Below, in pieces: positions 57,148-64,000 of a stretch of DNA of 64,000 bases. The notes under the pieces were generated by a model. That model was not told where the DNA came from. It saw only the letters and a program-made list of their open reading frames with translations, and made no database searches. The position numbers and the translations under genes were made by a program. The number at the start of each line of letters is the position of its first letter. Position 1 is the stretch's first letter. Origin of the DNA: an uncultured Nitrososphaeraceae archaeon (GTDB lineage Archaea > Thermoproteota > Nitrososphaeria > Nitrososphaerales > Nitrososphaeraceae); the NCBI GenBank assembly GCA_963837175.1, contig CAWIMJ010000003.1:1-64000 (forward strand). The letters are read 5' to 3'.

Positions 57148-59157
57148 TTGAAAAAGACTACTACTGCTGCTGAACTTGCACAATCACAAATGAAACCGGA
57201 GATTACAGTAAATATTATTCCATATAATGGAAAGGCAAAAATCCGTTATGATAAAAAAGCTGAATCAGAATTCTTTGTTGATAATTCTGCACTTGCCGGC
57301 TTTACTGGAGAGCGTATTCTTTATATGGCTGTTCGAGAGTTGATCGAAAATTCTCTTGACTCTTGTGAAAGCAATAATATTTTACCAAATATTTCGTTGT
57401 CATTAAGATTACTAGAACCAGAAAATGAAATGTGGCTTATTACTTGTCAAGATAATGGTATCGGAATCCCTGCAGACAAAGTTCCGGTAGCAGTCTGTTC
57501 TTTTTTGACATCTGGTAAATACGTTGAAAAGCAGCAACGAGGTCTATTTGGTGTAGGTTTGAAAATGATCGCTGCCTTTTCTACAAAGGATACCGATCAT
57601 CCTCTTAAAGTATGGACAAAAACACAAGAAGAAGGATCAGAATATTACTTTGAACTCAGAACAGATATCGGTACAAATAAACCAATTGTCCTTTTAAAGA
57701 AGACAGTTAAATCGAGTGATAGCCGTATCCAAGATGAATACGGTTTTCGAATTGAAGCTGTATTGCGCGCACGCTTATCTCCAATTACAAAGAATAAAAT
57801 TTATGATTACATTAGCCAGACTAGTATTATAAATCCATATGCTATTTTGACGTTTGATACTGATGAAGGTAAAGTTATCTTTGAAAGAAGAACAGAAATA
57901 ATGCCACATCCAGCAAAGGAAGTTTTGCCTCATCCTGGAGATATGGATTTGAAAACTCTGAAAAAGGCAATCATCAGATTCATGAATCAAAAGACGACTT
58001 TACAAGGTGTGTTATGCAATTCGTTCCAAAAGCTTTCTGGCGAAAAGGCTAAAGAAATTATAACCAAATCAGGAGTGGACCTGAAAATTGCTGATAAATA
58101 TGATGAGCATGAATTGATCAAAGTAGTTAATGTATGCAAACAAACAAAGTTTCAAGCACCTAATACGGATCATCTCAGCCCTATTGGTGAAGAAATTCTA
58201 ATTGCTGGGATGACTTCAGAATATACTATCGTTACAAATAAAGAATATGCTAATTCTATTGATCAACCGCAACAACAGTTATCTACAAGGGTACTCAGAC
58301 CTGTTCTGACAGGATATTCATCTAGAACATGTGTAGTTAACAACCGACCAACCATAGTTGAATGTGGAATCGCTTATGGAGGTGACATTAGTTCATTTAA
58401 GCTGCATAGATTTGCTAACAAGATTCCTCTACTATATGATGAAGGGTCAGATGTTGCAAGAGAAGTCGTTTCAGAGGTTGAAATTAACAAAATGGGAATT
58501 TCTAAAAAGGAAGTAAAAGAGCAGTTTGCAAATCCAGATTCCAAATCCGATCGTGCTGTAGAATTCCTTCCAATTCATATTTTTTTTCATATTTGTTCAA
58601 CTAAAATTCCATATAAAACGGCTGGCAAAGAAAGTATTGCATCAGAAGGTGATTTGAAGAAATATATGAAAGCCTGCTTGGCTGATTTATATCGAAAAGT
58701 TAGTGCCCAGATCCGCAAAGAGTTAAGAATAAAAGAGGCAGAAAGTCGACTGAGACTTTACAAGCATTATATTCCTTTGATCATTAATGCAATTTCAGAG
58801 TCAATTAGAGTAGATCCCGACAAACTTTCAGAAGCATTTTCCCAACTTGCAGAAAAACATGTAAGGGGAGAAGAGAGTATAGATACACAAATTAATACAA
58901 AAGCAGATAAAATAACTGGAGAAAGAATTAAGGAAGAAGCAAAAGACAAGACAAAAGAAAAAGAAAATGAAATTGAAATCTTAAAACAAAACTCAGCACA
59001 GCACCCAATTTATAGTTCTAGAAAAAAGAAAAATAAAAAAAACAAAACAATCAGTAATAAGGGAAAATCTAAAAAGTTTATTAAAAAAGAGAGAGGAGGA
59101 TCAAAAAATCGAATCACTTTGGATACCTTCAACAAACCCAAAGAGAGGAGAAAGTAA
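57148..59157 (+). CDS. top6B: DNA topoisomerase VI subunit B
   Basis: ELIENSLD, DNGIG, QRGLFGVG and RFANKIPLLY. Confidence 0.95.
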   Translation: MKKTTTAAELAQSQMKPEITVNIIPYNGKAKIRYDKKAESEFFVDNSALAGFTGERILYMAVRELIENSLDSCESNNILPNISLSLRLLEPENEMWLITCQDNGIGIPADKVPVAVCSFLTSGKYVEKQQRGLFGVGLKMIAAFSTKDTDHPLKVWTKTQEEGSEYYFELRTDIGTNKPIVLLKKTVKSSDSRIQDEYGFRIEAVLRARLSPITKNKIYDYISQTSIINPYAILTFDTDEGKVIFERRTEIMPHPAKEVLPHPGDMDLKTLKKAIIRFMNQKTTLQGVLCNSFQKLSGEKAKEIITKSGVDLKIADKYDEHELIKVVNVCKQTKFQAPNTDHLSPIGEEILIAGMTSEYTIVTNKEYANSIDQPQQQLSTRVLRPVLTGYSSRTCVVNNRPTIVECGIAYGGDISSFKLHRFANKIPLLYDEGSDVAREVVSEVEINKMGISKKEVKEQFANPDSKSDRAVEFLPIHIFFHICSTKIPYKTAGKESIASEGDLKKYMKACLADLYRKVSAQIRKELRIKEAESRLRLYKHYIPLIINAISESIRVDPDKLSEAFSQLAEKHVRGEESIDTQINTKADKITGERIKEEAKDKTKEKENEIEILKQNSAQHPIYSSRKKKNKKNKTISNKGKSKKFIKKERGGSKNRITLDTFNKPKERRK

Positions 59158-60261
59158 TTGACTGCAACAGATAAACGCCATCAAGAAGTAACTAAGAAAA
59201 TAAAGTTAATCATGAGAGATGTCAGCGACGATTTAATGCAAAAAACGATGCCTATTTTAGATGTTCCGAAAGTTGGTTACGATAATACAATTTGGTCTGA
59301 TGAGAAGAGAATGCTTACTATAGGAAATAAAATGATTCAGGTCAGTCCAGATAGCACAAAAAAAATTCCAACTTTTGCCCAATATCTAGTCATGGCAAAC
59401 GCTATCAGGAGGTTGCTTGACGAAGAAATGGAAAGTACTATTAGGGGTATGTACTACGCTACACTTAGTACAGTAGGAGACGAGAAGAATAAACAAAAAT
59501 TTTGGAATACACAGGAAAATTCAGATGATGCTATCAAAGCACTGGAATTACTGACAGGAGTTCCACGGGAAGAATTTTCGGTTACATCTAAACCTAAAGG
59601 GATGATTTCTGGACCTATCACACTACGCGTAGGAGGAGACATTATTGATTGCAATCTTGGGAGTAGAGCAACTTCACAACTAATTCCTACTAACATAAGT
59701 GATGTAGAAATCGTTAATGTAAAGGCAAACTTTGTAATGGTCGTAGAAAAAGATACGGTTCTGAATAATATCCGAAAATCTGGATTTATACAAAAATATA
59801 ATGCAATTTTAATGACAGGTTCCGGGGAGCCGGATAGAGCCACTAGAATGATGGTAAGGACACTCAATGAAGAATGGAAAAAGCCTGTTGTAATTTTTGC
59901 TGATGCTGACCCATGGGGGCTTGGTATTGCATTGAGGTATAAAATAGGAAGCGAATCATTGAGTTATGATAGTGACAGACTAGTCACTCCAAACGCAAAA
60001 GTGCTTGGGATGATGTTTTCAGATATCTATGAATATAATATACCAGAAGTAGCAAGGTTGACAGCCTCTAATGAAGATATTAATAGAGCTAACGATATGA
60101 AAAAAAAGCCATGGTTACAGGAGAAACAATGGCAGAGAGAATTAAATCTGTTCTTGAAATATAAAGAGAAATGTGAGCTGGATGCATTTTTCAAGCATGG
60201 ATTTAGGTACCTTGCGGAAACCTATATGCCACAAAAGTTAAGAGAAGTAGGATTGATCTGA
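59158..60261 (+). CDS. top6A: DNA topoisomerase VI subunit A
   Basis: TIRGMYY catalytic Tyr, VEKD and DADPWG TOPRIM motifs. Confidence 0.95.
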   Translation: MTATDKRHQEVTKKIKLIMRDVSDDLMQKTMPILDVPKVGYDNTIWSDEKRMLTIGNKMIQVSPDSTKKIPTFAQYLVMANAIRRLLDEEMESTIRGMYYATLSTVGDEKNKQKFWNTQENSDDAIKALELLTGVPREEFSVTSKPKGMISGPITLRVGGDIIDCNLGSRATSQLIPTNISDVEIVNVKANFVMVVEKDTVLNNIRKSGFIQKYNAILMTGSGEPDRATRMMVRTLNEEWKKPVVIFADADPWGLGIALRYKIGSESLSYDSDRLVTPNAKVLGMMFSDIYEYNIPEVARLTASNEDINRANDMKKKPWLQEKQWQRELNLFLKYKEKCELDAFFKHGFRYLAETYMPQKLREVGLI

Positions 60262-60388
60262 TGTAATCGGTTCCTATTGTAGGGTTCAAATTACAAATCC
60301 TATTTTATTATATCATACGAGTAAATCAATTCATCTCACTAATTATCTATTGTAGGGCCCTAAAAATACCTATCTTTGACGCTGAAAC

Positions 60389-60810
60389 GGGTCTGTTAAG
60401 TTAAGAAGAAGTAACTGCTAAAGCTGGGTTGGATTAAATAATGTGTAAATGTTTGAAAGTGATAGAACTAGGCCTTACCTTATTAGATACGTGCATTGTA
60501 TTTGTACTTCCTTCTTGTATTAAGTCTTAGAAATACATCCAAAGCATTGGAGCCATTTGTTGAAAGAAGTTACGTTGCAATATGGTATTGGATACATGAG
60601 GAATTTAATCCAAAGCATCTATCTATACCCAAATAAATAGAAGAAGAAGAAGAAGAAGAAGAAGAGTAGAATAACTGCATTTATAATAGAAGCTGAAACT
60701 CAAATTCAGATCTGACCTAACGAAGCATGGTTATGGCTATAGCAAGCAGTAGTAGTAGAAGAACCAATACATAGTAGAATTGTTGGTATTTATATTTCAA
60801 GACACAGGGT
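60389..60810 (+). mobile_element. Truncated, degraded IS6-family element
   Basis: left end GGGTCTGTTAAGTTA matches the 62334 IR at 13/15; fragments SLRNTSKALEPFVERSYVAIWYW and GIYISRHR. Confidence 0.7.
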
Positions 60811-61523
60811 CAATTTATTAAATTGAGATCATTCATTAAAAGGATGGTAATTAACCAAGTCATCCTGCTGATAATCATCAAGCTTGCTCACACAGACAAA
60901 TGCGAGAATATTATTTATCATCTATATTCTAATCCCTTGAACTATATACTACATTGTCAATTACTCTAAATTTATTGTGTTTTATTGCTGCAATCACTGG
61001 CTTCATGCTTTTGTTTGTTCAGGATCCTCTACCTATAATTCCAATAAGAAAGTCCCATTCATTCGTTTTCCTCTTGTTACTGCTTTAACCAAACTCAAAT
61101 CATAGGAATCAAAAGATTTCCACCTGTTACATCTGATTTCTCTTTTCCAATTCTTGTATATTTTAATAGTCATCCTTTTCTTTACAGCCCTTTAATTCTA
61201 CGAGTTGAAGATTGCAGAAAATATAGTCATCAATTAATGTTTAACCCATAACTTTATGGATGATATTTAGGTTCAATTTTTCAATTTATACTTGTTATTT
61301 TTTTCTAAATATATAAAGATCCTTACTAATGTTATATACCAACTTACAATTGGGTTACTGTTAAGATTTCAATATTTGAATATGATTCTATTGTCAGAGA
61401 TGTGAATATAAACAGATGAATGTTAAGAAGTTACAAACTTAAAGATAAAGAATCTGGCATTACTTTGTTTTATATATAATTTGTTTTTATACATAATTTG
61501 TTTTATTTTATCTTTTAGTAATA

Positions 61524-62198
61524 CTAGATTATATTTTGATTACTTATTGAACTAAGTTGGGATTGTGGCAGATATTGGAATAACTCTTTTATATCCATTA
61601 CTATTCCATAGTAACCTTTTACGTTTTCCAATGTTGATTCATAATGCTTTTTATTAGTAGATGCTGTTGCGTCAGAAATAAGAACTACGTCGTACCCAAT
61701 GTTAAATGCGTCTCGTAGAGAAGACTCGACACATATTGAAGTATCTATTCCACAAAAGATTAATGTATCTATGTTAAGACTTCTAAGCCATACTCCTATC
61801 TCAGTATCATGGAAGGCAGAATCCCTTCTCTTTATAACTACATGGTCTCCTTCAGCGGGCTTTATATCATTGACTATCTCTGCGTCCCATGTTTCTCTTA
61901 CACAAATTGGTTTCTTCTTTATTCTTTCTTCTCGAGATTTTGGCAAAATTTTATGACTCCTTGTTAAAAGATCAATACCAGAAGATTCCCTGACAGCTTG
62001 AGTATAAAAAATTGGAATTCCTATATTTCTACATAAATTAATCAGATTGTTTATCTTTGGAACGACTTCTCTATAGTGCGAAGTTTCCATTCCTAAAAGA
62101 TCATAGGAACCACCTTTACTAACAAAGCCATTTTGGACATCTATTACTAACAGAGCTGGATTTATTGTATACTCTTTCAATTTTATCGTCATAGACAT
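61524..62198 (-). CDS. Isochorismatase-family cysteine hydrolase
   Basis: ALLVIDVQNGF, KRRDSAF and GIDTSICVESS. Confidence 0.9.
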   Translation of the reverse strand: MSMTIKLKEYTINPALLVIDVQNGFVSKGGSYDLLGMETSHYREVVPKINNLINLCRNIGIPIFYTQAVRESSGIDLLTRSHKILPKSREERIKKKPICVRETWDAEIVNDIKPAEGDHVVIKRRDSAFHDTEIGVWLRSLNIDTLIFCGIDTSICVESSLRDAFNIGYDVVLISDATASTNKKHYESTLENVKGYYGIVMDIKELFQYLPQSQLSSISNQNII

Positions 62199-62333
62199 AC
62201 CTTTTCCATGATGATTTATAAGAATATGTGACTTTAAATATTTATGTTAAAAAAAAACTTGGTTGTTAGTAAATGTATTTCATTCCAATCCAAAATGTAT
62301 TATACGAATTATATTGATAGTAATACCTCCTCT

Positions 62334-63130
62334 GGCTCTGTTAACTTAGCGATAAATCTATAGCTGGATGAATCCTACTTCTTTTATGCACATATTATTT
62401 AAAAGAAACAGAACGTCTGCAAAGTACGTTTGTTATGGGTTATACTTATACATATTATTTTTTAGGATTATCTTTTAGAGATACCTCAAAAGCTTTATCT
62501 CCATTTGTTAAAAAAAGAAGTCATGTTTCGATTTGGAAGTGGTTACAGCAGCATCATTATAATCCTCAAAAAATATACTATGTAAAAGAAAAAGGATTTC
62601 TGAATTTATCATTGATGAAACCCTAATTCATTCAAATAGGCAAGGACTATTTCTGTAGTTATGGATTCGTTGCTATTATAGAACCATCCAATAAATAAGG
62701 AAGTAAGTTTTAGGAATTCACCTTTCATTGGAAAGAAGAAGAAATATGATTGTAGTAGTAGCAGCAGAACAGTTTCTAAAGCATTTAGTAATAAAATATG
62801 GAAAACATAAAGTAAAGTATCTTCAGATGGTGGTGGTACATGGTATCATACCACCATCACAAGCCTGCAAATTTCTGAAATTAAAACATCATCATCATCT
62901 ACATATATTCTTCATTTGAAAAAAGTATCTCCTATATAGAAAGAAAGAACAGTACAATATTTTAAGGACAGGACTGAAAGTTTTGATGATATTATTATTT
63001 TCCTTGTACTAGAAGAAGAAGAAGAAAAGATGCAAATTGTATCACGTTATAAATTGGTTGAGTATGTTTGCGGATATTCATAATAAACTTATTCAAAATG
63101 AGATGATGATGTTCTTAAGTTAACAGAGCC
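62334..63130 (+). mobile_element. IS6-family insertion sequence with pseudogenised transposase
   Basis: perfect 15-bp IRs GGCTCTGTTAACTTA / TAAGTTAACAGAGCC; flanking direct repeat CTCCTCT; fragments GLSFRDTSKAL, IDET, DGG.W and FKDRTESFDD. Confidence 0.9.
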
Positions 63131-63552
63131 CTCCTCTACGGTTAAAGTTTATTAGATTGATCTCTTAAGAACATATTTTTAATATCATTATTTACATAGT
63201 TATGATTTGCTTCAATTTTTTGATAGGATGACTAAATTTGTACTCCAGGTTACAAATTACAATTATCACACAATTTATAGTAAGATAATAGAAGAAGCTT
63301 ATGGATAGAACAAAGTAATAAAAGATTAATGATAATAATCACTCGTTTTTATAATTGTGGATTTGCTATTCAAAATATGAAAAGTTCTAGAAAAATTGGC
63401 TTCAGTGAGAAATCTGCAGCATTAGCTTTTGTTATAAATCTAGTGCAACAGTTTTTATTTTTATTTCAAACTAATAGACTGTCATATACTTCGAAAAATG
63501 ATATGTCCTAGGACGAATTAATATTAATATCACATCTGTTAGTTGTAATATT

Positions 63553-63738
63553 ATGGTGCTTGAAGCAAAGTGTCCACAGTGCGATAAAAGAGCTGAAGTC
63601 GATGAGGAAATGATTGAAGTAAATTGCAAGCATTGCGGATTTCGAGTAAGATATGATGAGTATGTGGAGATTATGAAAGGTAGAGCAGTAAGTATGACTG
63701 ATGATTTTCAAATGAATTGGGATAGGCACCCAATATAG
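63553..63738 (+). CDS. Small Zn-ribbon protein
   Basis: CPQC...CKHC, 61 aa. Confidence 0.75.
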   Translation: MVLEAKCPQCDKRAEVDEEMIEVNCKHCGFRVRYDEYVEIMKGRAVSMTDDFQMNWDRHPI

Positions 63739-64000
63739 CTCCAAACGCATTTCATGCATTGACTTGAATAAACATGTCGGAACATAGGAGGGTAGCATTT
63801 AAGAAGAGCAGTCTAATTAAAAAGATAGATCATATACCTATTGCGCTCGATGATCTAACATTTACCGTAGTATCACCAAAAGCTGCCTTTGTCAGAGCAC
63901 GTAAGTTCATTACCACAATTTTGACAGCGCAGATGGCAAACTTGAATAGGCGTCATTATGAATCCACAGCGAGGACATTCTACTGAAATCCTTCCAGAAG

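Noticed and set aside
60275-60357. 11-bp direct repeat CTATTGTAGGG after top6A
   Set aside because: Only two short copies; cannot be assigned to an element
398-61956. Many short ORFs antisense to or nested in identified genes
   Set aside because: Shadow ORFs without motifs
1-64000. CRISPR array, rRNA, provirus or integrase
   Set aside because: No repeat-spacer periodicity, rRNA-like tract or integrase seen; the tRNAs show no att-like duplication in the window

Overview
AT-rich archaeal chromosomal window. Gene content (Rpo11-TFS-PCNA, TopoVI, NurA-HerA, PurP, Rieske-cytochrome b-cupredoxin, class III PhaC, stand-alone Lrp ligand domains, intron-containing tRNAs) points to an ammonia-oxidising thaumarchaeon, probably Nitrososphaeraceae (inference). 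Housekeeping genes are interspersed with decayed signalling genes, unannotated zinc-finger microproteins and two IS6-family remnants. Six conserved genes (cca, sulfite reductase, rhomboid, petB, rpl1, rpl12) each carry one extra base, most likely from sequencing error; five of the six sit at or beside GCWGC or GTAC. Best leads: (1) a CysRS paralog lacking the anticodon domain and with a remodelled Zn site, directly followed by a GNAT gene (MshC/MshD-like logic); (2) a rhomboid protease fused to an Hsp20-like domain, just upstream of the complex III genes; (3) a PHA locus with a hydrolase, a PhaR-like regulator and PhaC but no adjacent PhaE. No CRISPR array or rRNA was seen. All calls come from reading motifs by eye; no searches were run.
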